DNA of 56,211 nt from a virus (Duplodnaviria > Caudoviricetes). The notes under the pieces are model-generated. The model made no database searches. It was not told where the DNA came from and saw only the letters and a list, made by a program, of their open reading frames with translations. The stretch spans positions 1-56,211 of the IMG/VR virus record IMGVR_UViG_3300010354_000111, one strand, 5' to 3'. Below, piece after piece: positions 1 through 9,487 of this stretch (positions are counted from its first letter, which is position 1; every line of letters starts with the position of its first letter). A program made the translations under genes and the position numbers.

Positions 1-159
1 AATGACTTCAGAGATGTTATCATTAGCGAACCATCTAGGATTACCAGAATGATTCTTTAATCTATCTCTAATTACTTCGCTCATAGGGCGACCAAATACC
101 GCCCCCTCATAACCAGGATGATATGGAGCATCCTCAACTAATTTTTTACTCGTAGTCAT
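1..159 (-). CDS. folE: GTP cyclohydrolase I, 5' part only (runs off the window edge)
   Basis: Not in the ORF track. Manual translation from ATG 159 gives MTTSKKLVEDAPYHPGYEGAVFGRPMSEVIRDRLKNHSGNPRWFANDNISEVI. The SEVIRDRL..RWFANDNISE segment resembles phage FolE N-termini, and the gene lies just downstream of queE. Confidence 0.7.
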   Translation of the reverse strand, partial: MTTSKKLVEDAPYHPGYEGAVFGRPMSEVIRDRLKNHSGNPRWFANDNISEVI

Positions 160-358
160 TTAATACCTTCGCCAATTTTTTCATTTCATCTTTATTCATA
201 AAAAATTCATAAGTATTTTTTAGAATCAAGTCTTCTTGTTGATTATATTCTTCCCGAATAAAATGTATAACCTTTACATCACTCGGGGATTTACATTCAC
301 CAATAGTTATAAACATTTTGAAATCATCTCTATCAATAATTTTCATTAAGTTCCCCAA
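146..358 (-). CDS. Hypothetical protein, 70 aa
   Basis: ORF overlaps both queE and folE, fills the gap between them and has plausible composition. Confidence 0.65.
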   Translation of the reverse strand: MGNLMKIIDRDDFKMFITIGECKSPSDVKVIHFIREEYNQQEDLILKNTYEFFMNKDEMKKLAKVLNDYE

Positions 359-1191
359 GCATTTTTAAATAAAGGTATTTGGAGTCTATCAGAATACCTA
401 TATCCTTTTTTCATTGCCAAATCTGCTACTAAAGTATTAGTTAAAGAATATCCTTCAGATGTGCCACCACATGGCATCAAATATACAGGACCAGTGAAAC
501 CTGCATTTCTATAAACTTCAACAGCTTTAGTTGCTTCCTCGGCATCGTCTTCTGATGCGATAACAAATTTTAGATATACATATCCATGTTCTTGATACTG
601 TCTAATAATTTCCGGACAAATGGCCTCATCCCAATTTTCCCCACTGACACTTAATTTTGGACTTACACTAAAGGTCAATTTATCCCAACCTTTTCTCCAA
701 TGTGTTTTTAAGTATTCACTAAAATTTGCAGAAAGTTCTTGTGTGCCATTAGTTTCAAATGTCATTTCTTGTAAGCCTAACATAGCAGGATGGCTTAGTA
801 ATTCTGGGTATGATTTTTGCCATCCCAATAATGGTTCGCCTCCAGTAATGACGAGATGCTCACTTTCCCACTTGCGATTAGGTAACATACTAATAATGGC
901 ATGAGCAAGAACAGTAGTATCAAGAACAGGAGACAAATGCTTAAAACGAGGATCCCAGCTTGCATAGCTATCACAACCAGTATGAACGAGAGGAAGATCC
1001 TTATACTCATTGTAATTTTTGATATTAGAAGCAATAACATCTCTTTCATCACTAACCTCGCCCCTCGGCATACCGAAACCACTACATGTAAAGTTGCAAC
1101 CAAAAGTTCTTAAGAACACTGAAGGTACGCCCATATAGCGACCTTCCCCTTGAATAGAATAAAATAATTCTGATACTTTAATTTTTGCCAT
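346..1191 (-). CDS. queE: 7-carboxy-7-deazaguanine synthase (QueE-like radical SAM)
   Basis: SELFYSIQGEG..G.PSVFLRTFGCNFTC, later GCDS, ITGGEPLL, FETNGT, SVSPKLS; adjacent to folE. Confidence 0.85.
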   Translation of the reverse strand: MAKIKVSELFYSIQGEGRYMGVPSVFLRTFGCNFTCSGFGMPRGEVSDERDVIASNIKNYNEYKDLPLVHTGCDSYASWDPRFKHLSPVLDTTVLAHAIISMLPNRKWESEHLVITGGEPLLGWQKSYPELLSHPAMLGLQEMTFETNGTQELSANFSEYLKTHWRKGWDKLTFSVSPKLSVSGENWDEAICPEIIRQYQEHGYVYLKFVIASEDDAEEATKAVEVYRNAGFTGPVYLMPCGGTSEGYSLTNTLVADLAMKKGYRYSDRLQIPLFKNAWGT

Positions 1192-1212
1192 AGATCACCT
1201 CGTAAATAACAT

Positions 1213-1242
1213 ATTATATAGTAAACTAATCATCTAAATCAA
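1213..1242 (-). promoter_or_regulatory. Sigma70-type promoter for queE-folE
   Basis: Minus strand TTGATT-N18-TATAAT, about 20 nt upstream of the queE ATG; GAGGTG RBS. Confidence 0.55.
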
Positions 1243-1846
1243 GTGGATTACGTACTTCTTCTTCAGCTAATTTGTTCTTTTTAGGTAAATGAACTACTCT
1301 TTTTTCTATATCTACCTGATCTAATTGCTTTTTAACATAATCCATAATTTGATTATTAAATTCTTCACTGCCATGTTCCTGAGAAATAATTTGATCAATA
1401 TCCAAATTTTCTATCATTTTATATTTAGTTGCCTGTATTTTCTTTTCTTTTTGTATTCTTCGTATAAAAGCAAAGTATACAATCTGAGTGTAATAGGCAA
1501 AAGGATTAGATGATTTTGATGGATCAAATTTAGCAACAGCAGTTAAACAATTTTCAATACCATCACTTATCATATCATCTTTAAATGTATAATTTATAAA
1601 ATTTGATTTATACGATAAATGTGTAGCAATCTTGATAAAACATTCACCTATATAATTAGGTACCTGGGGCTGAGGCTTACCATTAGATAATGCGTCATCT
1701 ACTAATAATCTATAATCTATTAATGCTTGTAGAAATTTTTTATTATCTACATAATGTGATGATACAGGTATATCAATGGACTGATCTATTTCCGGCGACA
1801 AGGATTCGTTTGTCCCCTTCACTTTCTTCGTTTGTTTCTTCATCAT
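1226..1846 (-). CDS. gp55: Late-transcription sigma factor gp55
   Basis: HYVDNKKFL..YIGECFIKIATHLS..NFINYTFKDDMISDGIENC..FDPSKSSNPFAYYTQI; start codon uncertain. Confidence 0.93.
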   Translation of the reverse strand: MMKKQTKKVKGTNESLSPEIDQSIDIPVSSHYVDNKKFLQALIDYRLLVDDALSNGKPQPQVPNYIGECFIKIATHLSYKSNFINYTFKDDMISDGIENCLTAVAKFDPSKSSNPFAYYTQIVYFAFIRRIQKEKKIQATKYKMIENLDIDQIISQEHGSEEFNNQIMDYVKKQLDQVDIEKRVVHLPKKNKLAEEEVRNPLDLDD

Positions 1847-2219
1847 TTTTCATACTTTTCATAAGATTGGACAAAAACTCTTCTTCTAATGATCCATTAT
1901 CCTTGATAGGCTTAGGCTCATTAGTGTGCTCAATAAAACTTTTATAGTTATCTCTAAAATGTTCTTTGACATCAGTCGCTACAATAATTTGTTGTGTAGG
2001 AATTTCATATACTGTTTCATCACTTATGGAAATCCAAGGAGTCAAAACATATGTCTCAGCAATTTGGGATCCTCTCGGTATTCTAACAGGAGTTACTAAA
2101 ACAGGATCCAAAATATGAATAGATATTTTGCTTTTTAAATTTTGGCAATCATCATCAGTAGCACATACAATATTTTCACCATTACTAAGTTTTAAAAATT
2201 TGTAGTGTAAATTGTTCAT
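1773..2219 (-). CDS. Conserved T4-like protein (Sm-like fold) between uvsW and gp55
   Basis: KLSNGENIV..PW motif and conserved position. Confidence 0.6.
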   Translation of the reverse strand: MNNLHYKFLKLSNGENIVCATDDDCQNLKSKISIHILDPVLVTPVRIPRGSQIAETYVLTPWISISDETVYEIPTQQIIVATDVKEHFRDNYKSFIEHTNEPKPIKDNGSLEEEFLSNLMKSMKNDEETNEESEGDKRILVAGNRSVH

Positions 2220-3700
2220 TTGATAGGAACCTTTATTAGTTTATATTCAAAATGTTCATCATTATAAATTTTAATTCTTTCTATCATATGAAGTAGTGTG
2301 TAATTCTTTTTAGATTTCCAAGAGAGATCGTCTCCTATATCATAAAGATTACACTGATCTTTTTCTTCGCTTGTTCTCAATCCTCTTCCTATTGACTGAA
2401 GATTTCTTACTCTAGATTTTGAGGGAGAAGCAAAAATAATATTATGCAACTTTTTGATATTTATTCCTGTAGAAAAAGTGCCATATGAAGCCACTATTAT
2501 AGCATCATTTTCTTTTTCTGTCAATAGCCTTACTTGTTCTCGTTGTTCTGTATCTGTGCCACCATATACAAAAAAGACTTGCCTATTTTCACACTTAGCA
2601 CATATCATATCGTAAAGTAATTTACCATGCTTTTCAACATACTGAAAAAGAACAAGGGTGTTCCCCTTTTGATCTATAGCTAAGTTACGTATGAACTTAT
2701 TTCTTTCATTGTATGTTACTATAAAATCCATCTCTTGTTGGTAGTCAAATCCTTTTGCATTTTTTCTTATCTCATCAGGATACTCTAATATAATATTATA
2801 GATCTGAAGATTTGCTAATGTTTTATCTGTTATTAATTTTTTAGTTGTTGTAACTTTATAGACAGAACCAAACAATCCCTCTAATACTAATTTGTGAGTT
2901 TTAGTTCCATCTAAAGTGCCAGTTGTTCCTATACGATAAGGAGTAGTTGTACATTTATTTAAAATACCTGTTAAAGATTTTGCCTTGAATAGATGTGCCT
3001 CATCTCCATAAATTGTTTGAAACTCAGCAAAAAAATTTTTCGGTAGTTTATATAATGACTGCCATGTACTTATCACAACGTTGAATTGATTTGATTTTTC
3101 ATGCCCGCCATAAATTCTATGACAATTTTCAGATGTTTTCCATTCATTCAATCCTGAGTAATCTTGGAAATCTGAGTACATCTGTTCCACAAGGCTTGTT
3201 GTAGGGACAAGAATGAGTTGTCGTCTTCCGAATTTTTGATGCCAGCGTATGAGGCAGTAAATAATAAGAGATTTTCCCGAACCAGTTGGCGATAATAAAA
3301 GGCGTCTTCCGTTGACAATTGCTTGATAGACTGCATCGATTTGATACTCTCTAATTTGTATTGATTGACCTTTTGATGAAATTTTTAAAGATTCACAAAA
3401 ACTTTTAACTTCTTCTATGGTTACCTCATCATGAGATTTTCTATAATTACTTTCATCAACAGAGTATTCTCTCTCTTCTGCAAATTTTTTTACATAATCT
3501 AAAAGACCAATGTAAAGTTCTTTCGTGAACATTGAAAAAAGTCTTACTTTCCCATCCCACATACGAGACTTATATAATGGATGAAATTTTGCACCAGGAA
3601 CATCAAACGAAAAATGGTCATTTAATTCTTGAGCAATAGATGCATCACTATCAATAAGTAAATGCACTTCATTCTTTTTTCTTATACTAATATCCGCCAT
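2216..3700 (-). CDS. uvsW: SF2 DNA helicase UvsW
   Basis: Walker A SPTGSGKS, DEAH, GTTGTLDG, QSIGRGLR. Confidence 0.95.
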   Translation of the reverse strand: MADISIRKKNEVHLLIDSDASIAQELNDHFSFDVPGAKFHPLYKSRMWDGKVRLFSMFTKELYIGLLDYVKKFAEEREYSVDESNYRKSHDEVTIEEVKSFCESLKISSKGQSIQIREYQIDAVYQAIVNGRRLLLSPTGSGKSLIIYCLIRWHQKFGRRQLILVPTTSLVEQMYSDFQDYSGLNEWKTSENCHRIYGGHEKSNQFNVVISTWQSLYKLPKNFFAEFQTIYGDEAHLFKAKSLTGILNKCTTTPYRIGTTGTLDGTKTHKLVLEGLFGSVYKVTTTKKLITDKTLANLQIYNIILEYPDEIRKNAKGFDYQQEMDFIVTYNERNKFIRNLAIDQKGNTLVLFQYVEKHGKLLYDMICAKCENRQVFFVYGGTDTEQREQVRLLTEKENDAIIVASYGTFSTGINIKKLHNIIFASPSKSRVRNLQSIGRGLRTSEEKDQCNLYDIGDDLSWKSKKNYTLLHMIERIKIYNDEHFEYKLIKVPIK

Positions 3701-4140
3701 TACATCATTCCATTAGTAAACTTCGTCCATTCTATAGTATTTTTTATATCCCAAGTTCTACTATTTAAAGATCTGATAATAGCATCAAGCTGATATAGAA
3801 CGGTTTTGAAGTATTCTATTTTATCTTGTAATGCTACAAGTTCTGCATCCCCTTGTAGAAATTCATCTATTTCATTTTTTAGAGGTTTTGTGCCTTGCCA
3901 TTGATTCCAACCTTCTTCCTCTAATTCTACACGAGACATCTCTCCCCTATAATAACGATACTTCTTTCTTCTACAATTTAGATAATCTGATTCTGCTTTT
4001 CTTAGATTAAGTCTTGTAGAAGAAAGATAGTTAATATATTTAGCATGAAGTATAGGAGTGCGAGCTGATTCTTTACCAAGATTAGTTTCATCTATCCTGC
4101 AATCTTCAGCCCACATTTCCTGAAGATCACTTAATTTCAT
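3700..4140 (-). CDS. uvsY: Recombination mediator UvsY
   Basis: W..DC.ID..L..ES..P.LHAKY, YY.G, IKN.IEW.KF; next to uvsW. Confidence 0.9.
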   Translation of the reverse strand: MKLSDLQEMWAEDCRIDETNLGKESARTPILHAKYINYLSSTRLNLRKAESDYLNCRRKKYRYYRGEMSRVELEEEGWNQWQGTKPLKNEIDEFLQGDAELVALQDKIEYFKTVLYQLDAIIRSLNSRTWDIKNTIEWTKFTNGMM

Positions 4141-4146
4141 AAAGTA

Positions 4147-5046
4147 TTAAGGTTGTTGAATTTGAATAATTTGTTGAGGGTTGCCCATAAAGTTAAATGT
4201 GCCATAGTGGTTCAACGAAATTGTTGGATCAAGCCAAATTTCTCCACCAATATCTTGCCATCTACGACTAAAAGTATAATCCTCAGATAAGTATCGTTTA
4301 TCTTTTGGATCGATCATTGTATCAAACATTGCATAAAAATAATCCTGTAGTTCAGGACCAGTATTAAGATCATTATTATACTTAAGTTCTGGATATGCAG
4401 CAATCATTTTGTCGATTGCTTCGCGTTTGATCATCATAAAACCTGTTGCGCCATCGTGTAATCTAATCAAACCATTTTCAATAGCTATTTGTTTTAGATC
4501 TCTATTAACAAACTTAAAATTGATTGCATAGTCTGAACCAAAGGCCGCTACTTGTTGACTGTTATAGTTTTCACTATTAGAACGAACCGAATCTTTGATT
4601 CTTTCCCAATTCACTCCCTTTTTAGGGTACGCGCCAACAACAACTTCTTTATTATGAGCAATTAACTTTAGAACATCTTCAACTTGGAATTCAATGTCCG
4701 CATCAATAAACATCAAGCGGGTAAAATTACTTTGTAGAAAATATGCTAGTAATACATTTCTAGCTCTAGTTACCAATGACTCATTAGCAATAGTTCCAAA
4801 TGCAAGGGGAATATTATGCTGATTGCAAAAGGTTAATAATTTAATACACGATCTGAAGTATGCCTCGTTAAGCATACCACCATAACAAGGAGTAGCAACG
4901 AAAATTCTTTCGTTGTTTCGCAGATCATCTAACTTGATTTCTAGACGACCTTGTTGCGCTTCTAAACTAGGTACTTGTGGTTCGGGAGGTTGTGCAACTT
5001 TCACAGTAGATGGTGAAATTGCTGTTGGATCCAATTTTATTGCCAT
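4147..5046 (-). CDS. GT-A fold glycosyltransferase-like protein
   Basis: IFVATPCYGG, ESLVTRARN, MFIDADI (DxD), GAYPKK, ATGFMMIKR, YLSEDY.F..RW, H.G. Confidence 0.75.
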   Translation of the reverse strand: MAIKLDPTAISPSTVKVAQPPEPQVPSLEAQQGRLEIKLDDLRNNERIFVATPCYGGMLNEAYFRSCIKLLTFCNQHNIPLAFGTIANESLVTRARNVLLAYFLQSNFTRLMFIDADIEFQVEDVLKLIAHNKEVVVGAYPKKGVNWERIKDSVRSNSENYNSQQVAAFGSDYAINFKFVNRDLKQIAIENGLIRLHDGATGFMMIKREAIDKMIAAYPELKYNNDLNTGPELQDYFYAMFDTMIDPKDKRYLSEDYTFSRRWQDIGGEIWLDPTISLNHYGTFNFMGNPQQIIQIQQP

Positions 5047-5061
5047 AATAACTCCAAAATA

Positions 5062-5646
5062 TTAAAGTTGTTCTACTTCAAATAATTTATATTTGAATGC
5101 TGCTATTGCTGTAAAGTATTCTACGGTTGATGATGCTATTTCAAAATCTAATGCTTCTAAGGAAATTGGGAACAAGTCTTTGAATATTATATTTGTTTTA
5201 GGATTGTTTGTCGAGTCTAAAATAGTCAAAGTACCGTCCGAGTATGCCAAAGCTTCAGATTGGCCTGCTTGGTTTAAAACAAAAGGAAATCTATTTTGTC
5301 TGCCCTTAATGAATTGTGAAAATTGAGTATATTCTTTTGGAAACCCTAAAGCAGTTATCCATGAATACAATTCTAAATAATTTGACATATCTTCCGATAT
5401 CAAAAATCGTATTACAAAATCACCAAATTGCATTTTATCTCCTATTACTGGTCTATCTAAAAAAGGAGTAGGTTGAACAGCATGACCTATAGCAATAGCT
5501 GGTAAATTTGCAGACTGGCAGGTATATGAAGCATTTGGTAAATCTTTTATAGTAAATCTAAAAGCATTAGGCCTAAGAAAATCGTAGGTAGTAGGTCTAC
5601 TTGCTTCATAGTTTGCTTTTACTATATTAAGATTTGCTGTATACAT
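5062..5646 (-). CDS. gp3: Tail tube terminator / tail completion protein gp3
   Basis: FL.PN.FRF.I..LP, CQSANLP.I, I.EDM.NY.E..SWI, SDGTLTIL, FPISL; follows gp23. Confidence 0.85.
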   Translation of the reverse strand: MYTANLNIVKANYEASRPTTYDFLRPNAFRFTIKDLPNASYTCQSANLPAIAIGHAVQPTPFLDRPVIGDKMQFGDFVIRFLISEDMSNYLELYSWITALGFPKEYTQFSQFIKGRQNRFPFVLNQAGQSEALAYSDGTLTILDSTNNPKTNIIFKDLFPISLEALDFEIASSTVEYFTAIAAFKYKLFEVEQL

Positions 5647-5662
5647 TTACACCCTCCTGCAT

Positions 5663-5670
5663 TATTTATA
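5663..5670 (-). promoter_or_regulatory. T4-type late promoter TATAAATA
   Basis: Exact consensus just after the gp23 terminator and upstream of gp3. Confidence 0.8.
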
Positions 5671-5675
5671 AAGAC

Positions 5676-5700
5676 AAAAAAGGGGGAATTTCTTCCCCCT
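5676..5700 (-). terminator. Rho-independent terminator after the major capsid gene
   Basis: AGGGGGAA-gaaa-TTCCCCCT hairpin followed by a T-run on the minus strand. Confidence 0.85.
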
Positions 5701-5727
5701 TAAGTCCGATCTGGGTCGGCTCAATAA

Positions 5728-7023
5728 TTACATTAAATTGATAACACGTGTCTTGCGATAGTACTGATTGCGGTTAGCTGTGAAGCTATCTGCATCGTTA
5801 GCACCAGCAGATGTTGTTACATATGGATTAGCAATTAGACCATAACGTGTCTTAAAGCCAATCTTTGGTTGGAAGCTATCAGGATCAATAGCACGAACCA
5901 TTTGTAGTGGTACATATGGGCAATAGAATAGACCAGCATCATATGGGCTAGCACCCTTGTATCCTACTACGTAGAACTGATTAGCAGCGCCTAGGTTTCC
6001 TGTATATGGATCGATATAAACACGATAACGTCCATTTAGAACACCTGCAAAAGTGTTGCCTGTATCATCTACATTCAAGCTAGCATTTGTTGACAATGCT
6101 GGAGCATAGTCAAGAACGCCAGACATTGCTAATGCAGAAGCTACATCAGCTGAACATACGATGAAGTTACCCTTTCCTCTACGAGTATCTTGAGCAATGT
6201 GATTAGCATCGCGTTCGATATTGAATAGAAGACCCTTGAAACGTTCTACAGACCAACGTCCATTTGAATCAATGTCTAAGTCAAATGTTCCTGCGGATGC
6301 TGTGGCTGGTGATCCGACCTTAGCAACGCTATAGATTAAGCGAACGATTTCGCGATTAATCTCAAACATAAACTCTTGAGATAAAATATTTGAAAGCTCA
6401 GCTTCAGCATCAAGACCATGAATAGCTTTCAAGTCTTGTGCTAATTCAACTGTATATTCAGCTTTCAAAGCACGTGACTTAGCAGTTACTGTTGTCTTGT
6501 CGATTGCGAAAGACATTTCGTTGAAAGTAGAAGAACCTTCAACTGCTGCTAATGTATTAGCTGCGCCAATACCGATGGTTGCTAAAATATTAGCTACTGA
6601 ACCGTTATGACCAGTAGCACCAGAGAAGCTTGTATTTGCTTCGTTGTATAGAGCTTCAACACGAGTACTTGTGTTAGAACGAGTATCGTTAGAACCACCA
6701 TACATAGCACGCATTGCAAAAATCAAGCCTGTTGGGCCTGTCATTGGCTGGACACCGCAAATATCATATGCCATTAGATTAGGCATAGCACGACGTACTA
6801 AACCAATCATAATTGGATCATATTTTTGAATTGCTGCTGTGTCTTGAGCAATGTTGTTTGTATGAACTTCAAACAACGCACTACGCTCTTCACGTAATGC
6901 TTTCTCTTGATTCTCTAAAAGAACGGTAGTAACTGTTCTTTTATAAGCATCTTTAATTTGTGGAAGATCTGGATGATCTAGAATCTTTCCCCACTTTTGT
7001 TGTAAATTTTCGGTTAAAAACAT
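5728..7023 (-). CDS. gp23: Major capsid protein gp23
   Basis: LVRRAMPNLMAYDICGVQPMTGPTGLIFAMR, KSRALKAEYTVELAQDLKAIHGLDAE, FQPKIGFKTRYG. Confidence 0.98.
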   Translation of the reverse strand: MFLTENLQQKWGKILDHPDLPQIKDAYKRTVTTVLLENQEKALREERSALFEVHTNNIAQDTAAIQKYDPIMIGLVRRAMPNLMAYDICGVQPMTGPTGLIFAMRAMYGGSNDTRSNTSTRVEALYNEANTSFSGATGHNGSVANILATIGIGAANTLAAVEGSSTFNEMSFAIDKTTVTAKSRALKAEYTVELAQDLKAIHGLDAEAELSNILSQEFMFEINREIVRLIYSVAKVGSPATASAGTFDLDIDSNGRWSVERFKGLLFNIERDANHIAQDTRRGKGNFIVCSADVASALAMSGVLDYAPALSTNASLNVDDTGNTFAGVLNGRYRVYIDPYTGNLGAANQFYVVGYKGASPYDAGLFYCPYVPLQMVRAIDPDSFQPKIGFKTRYGLIANPYVTTSAGANDADSFTANRNQYYRKTRVINLM

Positions 7024-7059
7024 TTAGTTCTCCTTGAACGTAACCTTTAATTATTATGT

Positions 7060-8196
7060 TTAAGCACGTTTTACTGATCTAGAAAGTGCTTGTGCATAAG
7101 CGTCTACAGTGCTGTTCGTAAAATCGAACGACTGGCTAGCTTCAGATGTATCCTCAACTAAAGTTTGTTGTGAGCTAGTTGGTATGCTGACAGACTGTTT
7201 AGGGAAATAATTTTCCTTAATAACAGTAATCTTGTCAAAATATACATCCTCGCTATCAAAAGATATGCCTTCAACTAATTTAGTAAGCTTAGCTACTTCA
7301 GTATCGGCCATGTCTTTTGTAACACTTTCAAGAACTGCCTGGCGCTTAAGTTCAACGATTTCACTATTCAATTCAACGTTTGTATTGATAGCTTCGTTTA
7401 ACTTGTCTTCTAGTTCTTCTGCTTTAGTTTGTAGTTCACCGATTACATCATATTTTTCATCAGGAACTTCTACGTAATGTTCCTTGAATAGAGTCTTTAG
7501 GCCACTTATGAAATCTTCAGCGATTTCTGTGCGTAACCCGTTCTCTAATGCTAATTCATTTTCTTGCATCCATTGTTCAACAACATAATTGAGATAAGAA
7601 TCAATCTTTTCAACCATGCCTTCTTTTAATTCTACAATTTCCTGCTCGAATTTTTCTTCAAGAGAAGCTGCTACTTTCTCCATTTCAAAATTTACTCGGG
7701 CAATAACTGCAGCTTCAAAAATTGCTGTAGCTTTCTGCTTGAATTCTTCTGAAAGTCCTTCGCCGAAGATTGGAGACAAGTCAATAGCTTGTACTTCAGC
7801 TGGAGTATCTTCTTCAGTTTCTTCTTGATCAGATACTTCTACTTCCTCTTCCATCTGAGGCTTATTGCCTGTTGGATTTTTTCCTGTAGCTGAAGCTGTT
7901 AAATCTGCTACAGTTGAGAAATTAGGTGCAGCACCTGGACCCTTAGCTTGAGGTGGAGATGATTTAGGAGTAGAACTGGATGCTTTAGCACCTTGATTCT
8001 CGTCTGTTTCATCTCTAGTTTCAAAGGATGCTTTTTCTGAACTGCCTTGCATAGGATTAGAAGCATCTCCTGAATTAGCAGGACTCAGAGTGGTATCCTT
8101 TTTAACGGTATCTGCACCCATTTTATCAGCTTCGTCAAGAGCTGCTTTAGCTTCTACTTTGCTAAGCAATTCTTTAATTTTGCTTTCTACTGACAT
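7060..8196 (-). CDS. gp22: Prohead core scaffold gp22
   Basis: Acidic coiled coil, LSEEFKQKATAIFEAAV, YLNYVVEQWM.EN; between gp21 and gp23. Confidence 0.9.
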   Translation of the reverse strand: MSVESKIKELLSKVEAKAALDEADKMGADTVKKDTTLSPANSGDASNPMQGSSEKASFETRDETDENQGAKASSSTPKSSPPQAKGPGAAPNFSTVADLTASATGKNPTGNKPQMEEEVEVSDQEETEEDTPAEVQAIDLSPIFGEGLSEEFKQKATAIFEAAVIARVNFEMEKVAASLEEKFEQEIVELKEGMVEKIDSYLNYVVEQWMQENELALENGLRTEIAEDFISGLKTLFKEHYVEVPDEKYDVIGELQTKAEELEDKLNEAINTNVELNSEIVELKRQAVLESVTKDMADTEVAKLTKLVEGISFDSEDVYFDKITVIKENYFPKQSVSIPTSSQQTLVEDTSEASQSFDFTNSTVDAYAQALSRSVKRA

Positions 8197-8226
8197 TTAC
8201 TTGTCTCCTAAATGGAATTTATCTAT

Positions 8227-8234
8227 TATTTATA
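8227..8234 (-). promoter_or_regulatory. T4-type late promoter TATAAATA
   Basis: Exact consensus upstream of gp22. Confidence 0.8.
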
Positions 8235-8235
8235 A

Positions 8236-8886
8236 TTATGGTTGCCTAGACAAGGCACTCATGAATTTTTCAAATAGTTGTATTTTCATTTCGTCTAAAT
8301 CTTTAGATTTAGTTTCCTTGATTTGCTTTTTTGCATCATCTATTTGTTTAGATTTCCAAACACCATTTTCGCAAATCCATTCTACATTTTCCATAATGCC
8401 TTGAACAAAAGCATCTGGGGCAGATGGGTCAGCTACTATGTCTACTGTAGCTAAATGGAAATCATCTTGTACTTCCATGACACCATTCTTTTCTTTTAGA
8501 GATCCTAAACCTCTAGAAGATACACCTAGGCTCACACCTTCTTCAATAAAATTCTTAGCAATCTTTCCCATAGGCGTATCCAATATCTTGGCCTTGCCTA
8601 TTACATCTGATCCTTCCATTTTTAGATTAGTAATCAGATGTGAAACTAAATTAAGATTTATTGTAGGATTTGGTGGATGTCCTAATTCGCCTAAAGAACG
8701 TTTACTTTCAATTAGATCTTGATATCTAACTATTTCCTTTTCCATTACAGATAATGGATATATTCTGCCATTGCGATTTTGTTTATCCGCTTGCATAAAT
8801 ATACCTTCAATGAAAACATTCTTTTTACCATTGACTTCTTCAGTCAAATAGTTTAGATTTTGTGTAACTTCTGTTATTAATTTCAT
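8236..8886 (-). CDS. gp21: Prohead protease gp21
   Basis: MKLITE start (8886 preferred over 8937), IEGIFMQ..NRNGRIYP, GELGHP, GVSSRGLGS, DIVADPSAPDAFV. Confidence 0.95.
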   Translation of the reverse strand: MKLITEVTQNLNYLTEEVNGKKNVFIEGIFMQADKQNRNGRIYPLSVMEKEIVRYQDLIESKRSLGELGHPPNPTINLNLVSHLITNLKMEGSDVIGKAKILDTPMGKIAKNFIEEGVSLGVSSRGLGSLKEKNGVMEVQDDFHLATVDIVADPSAPDAFVQGIMENVEWICENGVWKSKQIDDAKKQIKETKSKDLDEMKIQLFEKFMSALSRQP

Positions 8887-8887
8887 T

Positions 8888-9292
8888 TTAGATCTTCTGA
8901 TAGTCTTTAAGTTCTTGATTATTATTTGCTGTTTCAAAACCCGCTACTTTAGTTAAACCAAAATAAATTGTTCCACCAGGTGTTGGAATAGTAACAGCAA
9001 TGTTTCCATTATTGTTTGCACTTTCAACAAATCCCATCATCTGTGAAAAAGACCAGTTATCGTTACCGTTTAATATCATTACATTAGATCCATTTCTACT
9101 AACTACAATAGGAGTGGCAGCTCCATTAGTAAAAATGACAGAATTAATATTCATTCTGCAATTACCTGCTCCTCCATATACTTCGTCAGATAATAATGCA
9201 TCATGAAAATCTATATTAGCAGTACCATCCCCAACCAGTTTAACTATAGCTTGTTGACGTACTTTCTTAAGGACAACTTTGGTTATAGCCAT
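8888..9292 (-). CDS. Hypothetical virion/head-cluster protein, 134 aa
   Basis: Tightly packed ORF in the head cluster; beta-rich. Confidence 0.7.
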   Translation of the reverse strand: MAITKVVLKKVRQQAIVKLVGDGTANIDFHDALLSDEVYGGAGNCRMNINSVIFTNGAATPIVVSRNGSNVMILNGNDNWSFSQMMGFVESANNNGNIAVTIPTPGGTIYFGLTKVAGFETANNNQELKDYQKI

Positions 9293-9295
9293 TTA

Positions 9296-9487
9296 TTAAT
9301 CCTTTTTACTCTTGCGCATAGCCCCATACTTAGCACCCAAAGCCATACGAATTCGTTCTTTTTTACTTTTTCCAGCAAACTTAGGATTGTCACTATGTAC
9401 GAAATCACTAATATATTTGCCAGTAGGATCAGATGCTTTTAACTTTTCTAGTAAAGCATCCTCTCTTAAAGTGTTAAACGTCTTCAT
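9296..9487 (-). CDS. Small basic prohead-core-like protein
   Basis: MKTF..LRE start typical of T4-like capsid-targeted proteins; lies in the gp67/gp68 slot. Confidence 0.65.
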   Translation of the reverse strand: MKTFNTLREDALLEKLKASDPTGKYISDFVHSDNPKFAGKSKKERIRMALGAKYGAMRKSKKD

